64,000 nt of DNA from Malacoraja senta (lineage: Eukaryota). A model generated the notes under the pieces. It saw nothing but the letters and a program-made list of their open reading frames with translations, did not search any database and had not been told where the DNA came from. The number at the start of each line of letters is the position of its first letter. Position 1 is the stretch's first letter. The translations under genes were made by a program, and so were the position numbers. The stretch is taken from positions 19,780,001 through 19,844,000 of the forward strand of contig CM075988.1 in NCBI GenBank assembly GCA_038087875.1, in the 5' to 3' direction. Shown in pieces: positions 12,108 to 22,900 of this stretch.

Positions 12108-13343
12108 ATGGACAAGACGAGGAAAACTAAGAAGGCTGCTACAAAGCTGGCGAGGGAGAACCGCGGAGTTGCGGGCAGCCAGCAGCGGCAAGCGGCACGT
12201 GAATCACCCGTAATGGGAACAGCTGTGCCCGACTTCGGCCCCGCACCGGCCAGATCTACACCGCGGCCGGGCGGTAAGGCAATACAAAAGTCTAATAGAG
12301 TCGTCGACTCGGATGAGTCCGACTTTGAGCAGCCGCGAGCGGCCAGCAACCGTGAACGCTGGAGCCGGATGGAGCGGCTTATGGAGCAAATGCTCCAACG
12401 TGACAGGCTCCGGGAGATGGAGTCTAGTCACTGTGGGCAATTTAATGCACCCACAGCAGCACCTCTTGTAGGTCTGCACAGTGCATCTCCCTCGTCAGAG
12501 GGGAGTACTGGGGGTCAATTCTGGGCTGACCCTGAAGAGGGGTTTGCAGAACAAACATCAAGTGTGCGAGGGGTGCAGGAAGACCAAGATCTACTGGACA
12601 TGGTGTCCCAATTCATACAGCCAGACCAAACTGGCCGAAACCTGGAACCGAAACTAGCTGCCAGTATTGACTATATGTCATTTAAGCAGCTACAGGAACA
12701 GGCTGTATTGGACACCACGGCAAGACATTTGCCACCAGGGAACTGTACATCCCTGAATGTTCCTATTGTAAATAATTACATATGGAAACACGTCGGAGCA
12801 GGAGTTAGAGGCATGGATGTCAAACTCCAAAAAGTACTGAAGCTCCTAACAACGGGAATAACAGCTTTCGCCCGCACAGTAGATGAAAAGGAGATGTCGC
12901 AGGATCAACAGGATGCACTGGCACTGCTCTATAATACACAATACAAAATAAACATCATCAGGAAGAGTGCCATCCGACCTGCTTTAAACCCGAAATTTGC
13001 AGGTCTGTGCAAACCTGGAAATATAAAACCACCAATTTTATTATTTGGAGGTGACCTATCCAAACAAGTCAAAGAGCTCGATGAGGAGGCAAAAACCCTG
13101 GGGCTCATCAAAGCGGCATCATCAAAAACCTACTATGGTCATAAACAGCACCCTTATGCACCCACCAGTACAACAAGACAAACTGGTGAAAGCTCAAAGG
13201 CCAGGTACACCGCGCATCGGTCTTTTTTAGGCCATGGCCCAGACCGGCCTTCGTGGAAGATGCGCAAACCACCAACGCCAACCCAACCACAAACCCAGAC
13301 ACCGGCGCCTCAACCTCCACGAAGGATTCACAAAAAGAAGTAA
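12108..13343 (+). CDS. DIRS ORF1 gag-like protein (411 aa from first ATG)
   Basis: Open frame upstream of pol with basic N-terminus, PGNCTSLNVPIVNNYIW and LLFGGDL segments like DIRS ORF1, and a Pro/Gln/basic C-terminus. Assignment mostly positional. Confidence 0.85.
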   Translation: MDKTRKTKKAATKLARENRGVAGSQQRQAARESPVMGTAVPDFGPAPARSTPRPGGKAIQKSNRVVDSDESDFEQPRAASNRERWSRMERLMEQMLQRDRLREMESSHCGQFNAPTAAPLVGLHSASPSSEGSTGGQFWADPEEGFAEQTSSVRGVQEDQDLLDMVSQFIQPDQTGRNLEPKLAASIDYMSFKQLQEQAVLDTTARHLPPGNCTSLNVPIVNNYIWKHVGAGVRGMDVKLQKVLKLLTTGITAFARTVDEKEMSQDQQDALALLYNTQYKINIIRKSAIRPALNPKFAGLCKPGNIKPPILLFGGDLSKQVKELDEEAKTLGLIKAASSKTYYGHKQHPYAPTSTTRQTGESSKARYTAHRSFLGHGPDRPSWKMRKPPTPTQPQTQTPAPQPPRRIHKKK

Positions 13344-13360
13344 ACCTGCCACTGGTAACT

Positions 13361-15285
13361 ATGGAGGTAGGTGGGTCTGGTTCCTTACGAATTGCAGGGA
13401 GAATGGAGGTTGGTGGGAGATGACACTTCTTTCTGGATGCATGGATTATGTTAACTACAGACACTTATATTTTAAGCAGTATCCAGGGATATACCATAGA
13501 ATTTATACACAAACATAGCCCTCCAGTTCAGCATGTACCGAACCGAATGTTCGTACTTTCAGGTAAAGAAAAATCAGACGCACATGCTGAACTGGAGCGG
13601 CTTTACGCAAAAGGGGTAATTGAAAAAACCCAACACGAATCGCTGGAATTTGTGTCCAATATCTTTACCAAAAACAAAAAAGATGGTCGTTGTCGCATCA
13701 TCATAGATTTGACAAATTTGAATATTTTTGTACACTATATTCATTTCAAAATGGAAACCTTTGTTACTGCTAAACAATTGATTTCCAAAGGTTACTTCAT
13801 GGCTAGCATCGATTTAAAAGATGCTTACTATTCAGTGCCTATACGAGGTGACCACAGATGTTATTTAAAATTCAACTGGATGGGACAGCTCTGGCAGTAC
13901 AGAGCACTACCAAATGGGCTAACATCAGCCCCAAGGCTGTTCACTAAAATTTTGAAACCAGCCCTATCGTTTCTGCGGAAACAAAAACACATGGTGATGG
14001 CATACTAGATGACAGACTTATTGTGGGCAAAACTTTGGACTTGGCCAAAGAAACAGTAACAGCCACAAAACAATTATTTAAAAAACTGGGGTTTATCATC
14101 CATCCAGTTAAATCTAAATTAAACCCTTCCACCACAATGGATTATTTGGGGTTCACCATTAACTCAGTTCACATGTCGGTGACTTTGCCTAAAGAAAAGG
14201 CTATAGCCTTAAAAGAGGCTTGCAATAACCTCATTGACATCAGTAAACCATCCATCAGATTGGTAGCAAGAATAATTGGCAAAATAGTGGCTGCCTTTCC
14301 AGCCACACAATTTGGACCTTTACATTATCAAAATTTACAGAGGGCAAAAATACGAGCACTCAAAGTTAATGCTGGTCATTTTGACAGACCAATGAAGCTA
14401 CCAATCGAAGCCATAATGGAACTAAAATGGTGGAAAGATAACAGTCTGCATTGTTCCAATCCAATCGTTATCAGCAACCCTTCTGTGGTACTACAAACTG
14501 ATGCCAGTGCACTTGGTTGGGGTGCTACCAATTCCATCTCCAGCTGTGGAGGTAGATGCAATGCACAAGAGGCGTCATTGTTACAAACACTGGGCATAAA
14601 CTACCTGGAAATGTTGGGTGCATTCCATGGCCTAAAGTCATATTGTTCTGGGTTATATCACAAGCATGTTAGACTACAGATTGACAATACCACGGTGGTA
14701 GCATATATCAACCACATGGGTGGAAACAAATCGGCATCATGTGACAATCTGGCCAACACAATTTGGCAATGGTGTATCCAGAAAAATATTTGGATATCAG
14801 CCACTTACCTACCAAGTAAACTAAATTCAGTGGCAGACACCAGGTCACGCAAATTTAATGAAAACACCGAATGGATGTTGGATAAAAAAGTATTTGCTGA
14901 TATTACAGCATGGTATGGAACACCAGATATCGATCTATTTGCATCCAGGCTTAATCACCAGTTATCAAACTATGTTTCATGGGAACCAGACCCTGGGGCA
15001 GCGGCGACAGATGCATTTTCGCTGCATTGGGGGAAATTGTTTATTTATGCATTCCCTCCTTTCTGCCTCATCAGTCGGGTATTAAGGAAAATACAGCAAG
15101 ACTCTGCGTCTGGTATTTTGGTAGTACCCGATTGGCCTACTCAACCATGGTTCCCTGTGATACTCGACATGGTATTAGAACCATGCATCACCATCTGGCA
15201 TAGACCAGATTTACTGGTTCATCCCGTAACAAGGGAAAGCCACCCTTGTCATAACCATATGAACTTATTAATTTGTAGAGTCTAA
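13361..15285 (+). pseudogene. DIRS pol: reverse transcriptase + RNase H + DNA N6-adenine methyltransferase-like domain, disrupted
   Basis: RT motifs VGGR*HFFLDAW, SIDLKDAYYSVPI, ALPNGLTSAPRLFTK. YLDD split by a 1-bp deletion at ~14005; TGA at 13421. RNase H motifs TDAS, INYLE, IDNTT, NSVAD. MT motifs DLFAS, DAF, YAFPPF, PDWPTQPWF. Confidence 0.95.
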
Positions 15286-16256
15286 AAGTACCTTTACTGC
15301 AACTGGGACTGATGGACTGAACAGTGAACATTATTTCAGCGGCCCACAGACAGTCCACCAAAAAACAGTACCTGGTATACATCAGGAAATGGGAGATGTA
15401 CTGTCACAGAAACAACATCACCTACAGATCAATGAACATCCTGTCTGTTCTGGAATTCCTGGCAGGCCTCCATTACGATGAGGGGCTCAGTTATAGTGCC
15501 ATCAACTGCGCCAGAAGTGCCCTGTCAACATATCTATACCAAGGAACAGAGCGTCATTCTGATGGGACTCACCCCCTGGTAACAAAACTTATGAGGGGAA
15601 TTTTTAATATCAATCCCCCAAGAACCAGGTACTCCCAAATATGGGATGTGAGTATTGTCCTGACTATGCTAAGGAATTGGTCTCCAGCAACAGCTCTGTC
15701 GCTACAAAGACTGACACTGAAAACAGTCATGCTGATGGCATTGGTCACGGCACAAAGGGTACAGTCATTACATAAATTAAGACTGGACAACATGACTTCT
15801 TCATCTGGAAATATAACGTGTCATATTTATGAATTAGTCAAGCAGAACAGACAGGGGTCAGCAGGCCTCAATATAGAATTTAGGGCTTACCCGACAGATG
15901 ATCGCCTCTGTATAGTAAGACATTTACTGCTATATATGGAGAACATGAAAATCATCAGAGGCAAAGAGATGGCACTATTAATCAGCCACAAGCAACCTCA
16001 CAAAAAAGTGACAGTCCAGACCATCTCAAGATGGCTGAAACAGGTTCTAATAAAGGCTGGGGTGGATACTAACATTTTCAAATCTCATTCCACCAGGGCT
16101 GCAGCTACATCGGCAGCTATGCAGTTGGATGTTCCGATGGACCAAATCCTCAAGACAGCAGGATGGTCAAGGGAGAAAACTTTCCAACTATTTTATCATA
16201 AACCAGTAATTAAACCTGGAACGTTTGCAGAAACAATTTTAAGTTCTGTAATATAA
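15279..16256 (+). pseudogene. DIRS tyrosine recombinase (YR); in-frame TGA at 15318 near the N-terminus
   Basis: Catalytic set R (TAQRVQSL), K (KQNR), HxxR (SHSTR), W and Y (AGWS...FQLFY). N-terminal binding-domain-like segment STKKQY...LSYSAINCARSAL. Confidence 0.93.
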
Positions 16257-16420
16257 TTTCACCCCATAAATAGGGGCTATAATTTGGTGTTAATAAATTT
16301 ATCATGGATTTCAATGTCGTATTCATGTCTAAACATGTTAACACAATTCCTCCCATAGTCATTAAGGCAGATGTGATGCATGGACTCGTTTCCACGGCAT
16401 GAAATCACAGAGCTTAGAAA

Positions 16421-16532
16421 TCTTCACGTAGTCACTCACGTGACTCCGAAGTAAAATAGTAAGATTAAACGAGAGCTTACCAGTTCGAAGTTTGATCATT
16501 ATTTTATGAGGAGTACGTTGAGGAAATACGTG
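16421..16532 (+). repeat. DIRS internal complementary region (ICR)
   Basis: 16421-16457 is the reverse complement of left end 11904-11940 (36/37). 16455-16532 is the reverse complement of right end 16670-16747 (76/78). The halves overlap on AAT. Confidence 0.95.
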
Positions 16533-17000
16533 CCCTCCACTCCCACCCTTGATCATATACTCAACTGGTATCTTCTTTTCTAATCTTACTATGTTCAGTC
16601 ATTACAGTTATCTGTGATTTCACACCGCTGCTTTGAAGAATGACACGCATGCGTCCTGGCGGGGTTCTTCACGTATTCCCTCAACGTACTCCTCATAAAA
16701 TAATGATCAAACTTCGAACTGGTAAGTTCTCGTTTAATCTTACTATTATTTCCCCTAAATGTCCTGAACTACCGTATCATCTTTAACCCTTTCTCCTTAC
16801 TCAATAGCAGATCTAATGTAGCCTTTACCCTTGTTGATTTCACCAAATAATGACCTAGGAGACCATTTCTTACACACCACAAGCACTTGTTTTGCACATT
16901 AATGCTGCTAATTTGGTTTGTTGCATGTTGAAGTCTTCTATAATTATTGTGCTATTCTTTTTCCACGTTACCCTAACTTCCTGATCTATACAAGGCTCTC

Positions 17001-17848
17001 CAAGTTCAAGTTCAAGTTTACATTTATTGTCACATACACCTTTTGGTACAGTGAAATGTGTGTTACCATACAGCCTTACGAATAAAAAGAACACAACACA
17101 CGATAGGATTTAACATGAACATCCCCACACAGCGGAATCAACGTTTCCCACTGTGAGGGAAGGCAATAAAGTTCAGTCATCTTCCTCTTTGTTCGTCCGT
17201 GGTCAGGGCCTTTTGAGCCCTCCGCAGTCGCCGCTAAGGGCGGCCCGATGTTCAGGCCCTCTCGACGGGATGATCGGAACTCCGACGTCGGAACGGAAGT
17301 ACATTCTCAGCGGCTTGGAGTTTCCGAATCAGCCACTTCTTACCCGAGACCGCGGCTCCCGGAGTCTACAGGCCGAGCTGGGCGGAGATTTAACACTGGC
17401 GGCCCTCGGCAAAGGGATCCCAGGACTCCGCGATTTTGAAGTCAGCGCCGCCCGCGGCTTGAAGCTCCGCAACCACAGCTCCACGGTGTTAAACAGCATG
17501 CCCAACACTCCGGAACTCCACACGGCGATCGCCGGTAAGGCATCACCCGCTCCGCGATGGTAAATCAGTGCTGCGCCACCGCTGAAGCTCTGGTCGGTCT
17601 CCGGCAGGAAAGGCCGCGCCAATCCAGATGGTAGGCCGCGAGGGGGGGGGCCGAAGACGCGACTCGGAGAGTAGTCACATCCTCGACCAGGAAGTGACTG
17701 AGAAACGGTTTCCCCCTAACCCTCTCCACCTCCCTCTCATACAAAGACTAAGAAACCTCCAAAAACATACTTTTAAACATATTAAAAATAACAAAAAGAC
17801 AAAAAAACAGACAGACTGTAGGCAGAGGCTGCCATCGTACGGCGTCCC
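17001..17848 (-). mobile_element. CpG-rich non-coding retroposon, copy 1
   Basis: (CTTGAA)n tail on the minus strand; TTCACTGTACC..GTGACAATAAA 3' end; head and subterminal block shared with the other copies. Confidence 0.75.
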
Positions 17849-18246
17849 TCAAGACACAATTACTACACAAAAGGATGCAAAATGCTGGAGTAACTTAACA
17901 GGTCATGCAGCATCTCTGGAGAACATGGATGGATGAAGTTTCTGATCTTATATTGTTCATACATCAGACACAAAGTAGGAAGAAATGTCACAGCCAATTT
18001 GTGCGAGTGTTCCTTTATGCCGAAGAGCCACAAAAGAAATAACATCGACCGATGGACCACAAGACTGTACATCACACATCTGAAAGCTATTTAATCTGTG
18101 GTAGAATAATTGAACCAAAGACATGGTAGGTCGTTTGGCCCATTGTGTCCATTGAGAAAGAGCTCACCAGCCTTACTCCACCCCCAGTACAGGGCTTGTG
18201 GTCACAGCTCCTCAAGTACGCAGCCGATGTTTACATCAATCCATCG

Positions 18247-19000
18247 GGTGGCGCCACCGCGGCGGCTGCCTCGCCAACAGTCTGTCAGTCCCCTCTCTGT
18301 TTTTATTATTTTAAGTATGTTTTAAAAGTATGATTTAGTTTTTCTTGGTTTGTTTTAGGTGGAGGGGGGGGGGTTGGGGAGGGGGGGGAATCAGCAGAAA
18401 ACTTTTTCAGTCACTTACCTCGACGGAGATGCGATTTTTCTCCGTGTCACATTTCCGTCCCCCCCCCTGTGGCCTACAACGTGGAGTGCTGCGGCCTTTC
18501 CTGGAGACCGGCCCGGAGCTTCAAGCCGCGGGAGCGCCGTGGACTTTAACATCGAGAGTTGCAATCTTTTGCCGAGAGTCACCAGCGGAGTTCCGACCGC
18601 GGGGCCCGTGGACTTTAACACCTTGAAGCTGCCGGCTCCGGTAAGAAGAAGCCGACTCGGGAGCTCCATGCCGTGGAGTGTTCCGATCCATCCCGACGCT
18701 GGAGTTTCGATCATTCCGATGAGAGGGCTTTAACATCGGACCGTCGGCAGCGGCAAGCGCGGAGGCGTCAAAGGCCCCGACCATGGGCGAACAAAGGAGG
18801 AAGATGACTGAAATTTATTGCCTTCCATCACAGTGAGGAATGTGGATTCCACTGTGGTGGAAGTTTATGTTAAATTTTATTTTATGTAGCTGTGTGTATT
18901 GTTGCTTGCTTTTCACTTAGTATGGCTGTCATTTCAATCAAATGTCACTGTACCCTAATTGGTTAAGTGACAATAAACGCAAACTTGAACTTGAACTTGA
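18247..19000 (+). mobile_element. CpG-rich non-coding retroposon, copy 2
   Basis: Head GGCGCC..GGCGGCTGCC..CAGTCTGTC; 3' block TTGCCTTCCATCACAGTGAGGAATGTG; AATAAA and (CTTGAA)n tail. Confidence 0.75.
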
Positions 19001-20859
19001 ATAATTTGCTATCAGTCCATTTCATTTATTCAGCGCTTCTCTAGCGTAAAGGAATGCCCACACTGCAATGGCCGCGAGTTTCATCCTTCTTTGTGTCTGA
19101 CGGGTGAACAGTGAGGCTCAAAGGCCTGTTCCTGTGATGTACCTTTCTATGATCTATGTTCCAAAGTTCAGCTCTCTCCTGTTCATTGAGTCACAGCCAC
19201 TAACCTGCACATAAATGGCTCTGGAGACGAGAATGGGTGGGAATAACGAAAATAACATAGCCCATCCAAACTTTTCTCACAGGTTAAAATTTTCCATTCC
19301 TAGAACATCCTTTTGAATCCTCTCCACACCCTGTCCAACACAATCCCATCTTTTACTGTAATGAGATGACCAGAACTGTTTGCAGAATCGAGGCTGTGAA
19401 GAGCACTTCATGGATCTTGGATATTCAGGAAGATGGGTTTTGATTGAAAGTTACAGCATGGTAATAGGCCCTTCAGCCCATCATTCACCCATTCACACTA
19501 TGACTAGTTCTATGTTATCCCATCCTTGTATCCACTCCCTACACACCAGGGGCAATTTACATACAATTTGCCTACAAATACGCACATCTTTGGACCCGGA
19601 GGAAGAACATGCACACTCCACACAGACAGCACCCAGTGTCAGGATCAACCCTGGGTGTCTTGCATTGTGAGGGAGCATCTCTACTGGTTATCATACAATA
19701 GGCTGCATCTGAGTATCTGTTCGAAATAATTCTTCACTAATAGACGGCAGTAAAAGCACAGCCTCTCCTTACATTAATTTGGCCCAGAGATCAACTTTTT
19801 TGAAATCAGAGGGGCCACGATGATCACAATGTTCCAAAGCAGTGCCTGTGCGCTAACCCTTCCACTGATTGTGTTCGACCTTCTTTGTGTCAATTAATGA
19901 ACAGAACATATTCTGCCAATCACAGAGCAATGACCTTGACAATAGCAACTCTCCAACCCCTTGAATAAGAAAGATTTAAAGAACTATTATAGGAATTAAA
20001 GTCATTTACATTCGCTTGACTTAAAAAAAAAGCATTAAAGAAAATTCGAAATGTGAACTGGTGTTAATACAGAGTGTTTAATCCGATACTGCCCCCTCTT
20101 GGCAATGTTCCCAGAAAGAAATAAAGTGATTCTGACTTACCAGTCACAATGACAGAATAACCTCGTCACAGCGAGATAAAAGGATGCTTCTGAAGGCTTT
20201 GAGTGATAAAATACATTAATCCAGCAAAGGCTATTATCTTCACACAATCTGTGCACCATTGATCGCAAAAATGGTGGTTTGCAATTGTTTTGCAAGGGAA
20301 TAGGTTTGTTACAATTGTGAAAGTTTTGATTCATTGGTTATTGAACCTTCCAGACGCCTGCGTATTTTGTATATTTGTCTCAACGAAGTCAGCAAGTTAC
20401 TGACAGGAAGGCAGAGGAAATGGACAGTGAACTATCGATGATTCATTTTGGATTCCCGTTCAACAACAATAACAAGATTCAAGCTAAATTAATTTACACA
20501 CATGTGGTTCAGCTGCAATTTTTAATATTTTGCAATTACTTGTTTTATCGTAATGAATATATGCCGTTGTTCGTTTTTCTACATTGCTGTTCTGCATGCC
20601 CAATAGCTTCTAATCTAACATCCATCACTGAAGATGAAAAACATTCAAGTAACAGCAGTCACTAATACAGCAATGTATCAAATGTCATACCGATGGTGCA
20701 GAGAGGTACATACATAACATACAATGGTTTCCTTCAAAAAGTGGCAAATCGACAAAAACAATAACCATTTATTTGCTGTGGAATAATGCTAATAACTAAT
20801 TATTTACAAAACACAGATGAACAACTGTAAATGTAACTAAAGGCACATAAAAGCGCAGC

Positions 20860-21500
20860 TCAGGTGCAGGCCCTTCGGCCCACAATGTCTGTGTCGGATA
20901 ACCAAATTAAACTAATCCCTTTGCCAGCACGAGATCCATATAGCTCCATTCCGTGCATGTTCATGTGCCTATCTAGAAACCTCTTAAGCACTTCTGCTAC
21001 TACTACCCCTGGCAACATGTTCCAGGCACTTATCACACTCTGTGTAAAAAAAACCTGCCCTGCACATCTCCATAGAACTTTTCCCCACTCACTTTAATGG
21101 TCTGCCATCTTTAGTCTTTGACATTTTCACCCTGGGGAAAAAGGTTCTGCCTATTTACCCTATCTATGTCTCGCATAATTAGATACACATCTGTCAGATC
21201 TCCCCTCAAACACCGAGTGCCAGAGAAAACAATGGAAGATTGTCCAACCTTTCCTTACAGTTAAATCCTCAAATCCAGTCAGCATTCTGGTAAAACTCTT
21301 CTTCACCAACCCCAAATCCTTGCTGTAATAGAGCAACCTGAATTGCACATAACACTCCAAGTATGACTTAACTGCAAATTTATGAAGCTGCAATATGACT
21401 TCTTGACTTATACTCAATGGTCCGAATAATGAAGGAAACCATGCCATACACCTTCTTTATCACCCAATGTACTTGTGATGCTACTGTCAGGGAGCTGTGG
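20860..21500 (-). mobile_element. CR1 LINE fragment
   Basis: VILQLHK..YLECYVQF..FTRML remnants and a CR1 3' UTR. Confidence 0.8.
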
Positions 21501-21577
21501 ACTTGAACTCAAGATCACTACTCCTTTCCTGGTCCTAACAACTACAACAATATAACCAAAACTTCCAAATTCTACAG

Positions 21578-22122
21578 CAGGGGTCGGCAGCCTACGGCCC
21601 CCGGGCCGAATGCGGCCCGTAACCCAAAATCTTATTTTTTTACCCATGATTATCCGGCCCGCAGACTTCCGTCATCTCCGGTACCTCCCGGGCACCGAGG
21701 CCGCAGCACCTAGGCGCAAGGAGGCCTGCGCTGGCGGCCGCAATGGCTGAGCCGCCGAGCAGCGGCGAGCAGCACCAAGGGGCGAGCAGCGCTGAGTGCA
21801 ACCGAGCGCCGAGCTCTGGCTGTACCGCATCCTGCGCAAAGCCGCCGGCACGGCCGCGCACCTTCTGTGTCTGGGCTTCATTGTCGGGATCGCGGTTGTC
21901 AATATGCCGGGGACGAGTGAGTGTGAGTATTTGAGCCACCGCCTTCAGGACAGAGCCAAGGCAATGGTCCGTAGGTACGTCATGTTCGTGAGCGCCCATA
22001 ACTAGGGTCCAGTGGTGTCCTTGAAGGGGCGGGATCTATGTGAACACGTGATAGATGTGGCCCGCCATCCGCTCACAGACATGCGTCCTGGTCCCTATGC
22101 AGAACCAGGTTGCCGACCCCTG
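21578..22122. mobile_element. Non-autonomous hAT (Charlie-like) MITE
   Basis: 16-bp TIR CAGGGGTCGGCA(G/A)CCT, perfect 8-bp TSD TTCTACAG (21570-21577, 22123-22130), CpG-rich interior. Confidence 0.92.
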
Positions 22123-22130
22123 TTCTACAG

Positions 22131-22900
22131 GATAAGTGGAAGGTGGGGAATTTTGGTAAGGCAAACCATGGCAGGGCCTTCAGTGAACTGTCGGGCCCTG
22201 GGGAGTGTTATAGAACAGAGAGAGCTTGGAGAGCATGTACAATACATAGTTCCCTGAAAGTGTCTTCACAGGCAGACAAGGTGGTGAACAAAGCATTTAG
22301 CACGCTTCCCATCTTCATCAGTAAGGGCAATGAGTACAGGAGTTGGGATGTTATATTGCAGTTGTACAGGACGTTGGGAGGCCAGACTTGGAGTATTGTG
22401 TAGTTTCCGTTACACTGCTATTAGAAAGAATGCTAAAAAACGTAACAAGGATGTTGCAAAGACTTGATGGGCTGAGCTATAGGGAGAGATTGGTCAGGCT
22501 AAGACGTTATTTCCTGGAGCATAAGAGACTGAGGTGTGACCTTACAGAAGTGTATAAACTCATGAGTTGCATGGATAGGGTGAATACAATATTTTTCCCA
22601 GGGGAATCAAAAACTCAATAGCATATATTTAAGTTGAGAGGGGAAGATTTAAAAGGGACCCTGAGGAGCGACTTCCTCACAGAGATGATGGTACATATGG
22701 AATGAGCTGCCAGAGAAAGTGGTTGACACACGTACAACAACATCATTCAAAAGACATTTGTTCAGATATATGGATAGGAAAGGTTAAGAGGGATTGGACC
22801 AAATGTGGGCAAATGGTTCTAGCTTAGATGGCACATCTTGGTTGACATGGACAAATCGGCCTGGAGGGCCTGTTTCCATGATGTATGACTCTATGACTCG
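22131..22900 (+). mobile_element. CR1 LINE fragment
   Basis: RPDLEYCV..LSYRERL..RLRCDLTEVYK; (CTATGACT)n tail. Confidence 0.85.

Larger units (their letters stand above)
11904..16747 (+). mobile_element. Full-length DIRS1-type tyrosine recombinase retrotransposon (inactivated by point lesions)
   Basis: gag-like ORF, RT/RNaseH/MT and YR in order. Perfect 36-bp inverted repeat (11931-11966 vs 16640-16675). ICR at 16421-16532 complementary to both ends. ATT at both termini (11904-11906, 16745-16747). Confidence 0.97.

Noticed and set aside
13234..13518. 94-aa ORF with strong Kozak ATG overlapping gag/pol
   Set aside because: Third frame, no motif, and not in phase with pol or with YR via the 13367 donor. 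Cannot be supported, though not fully excluded.
18411..18435. ACTTACCT..GGAGAT resemblance to the U1 snRNA 5' end
   Set aside because: Match too short, no downstream U1 stems or Sm site, and copy 1 lacks the motif. Could equally be an antisense splice donor.
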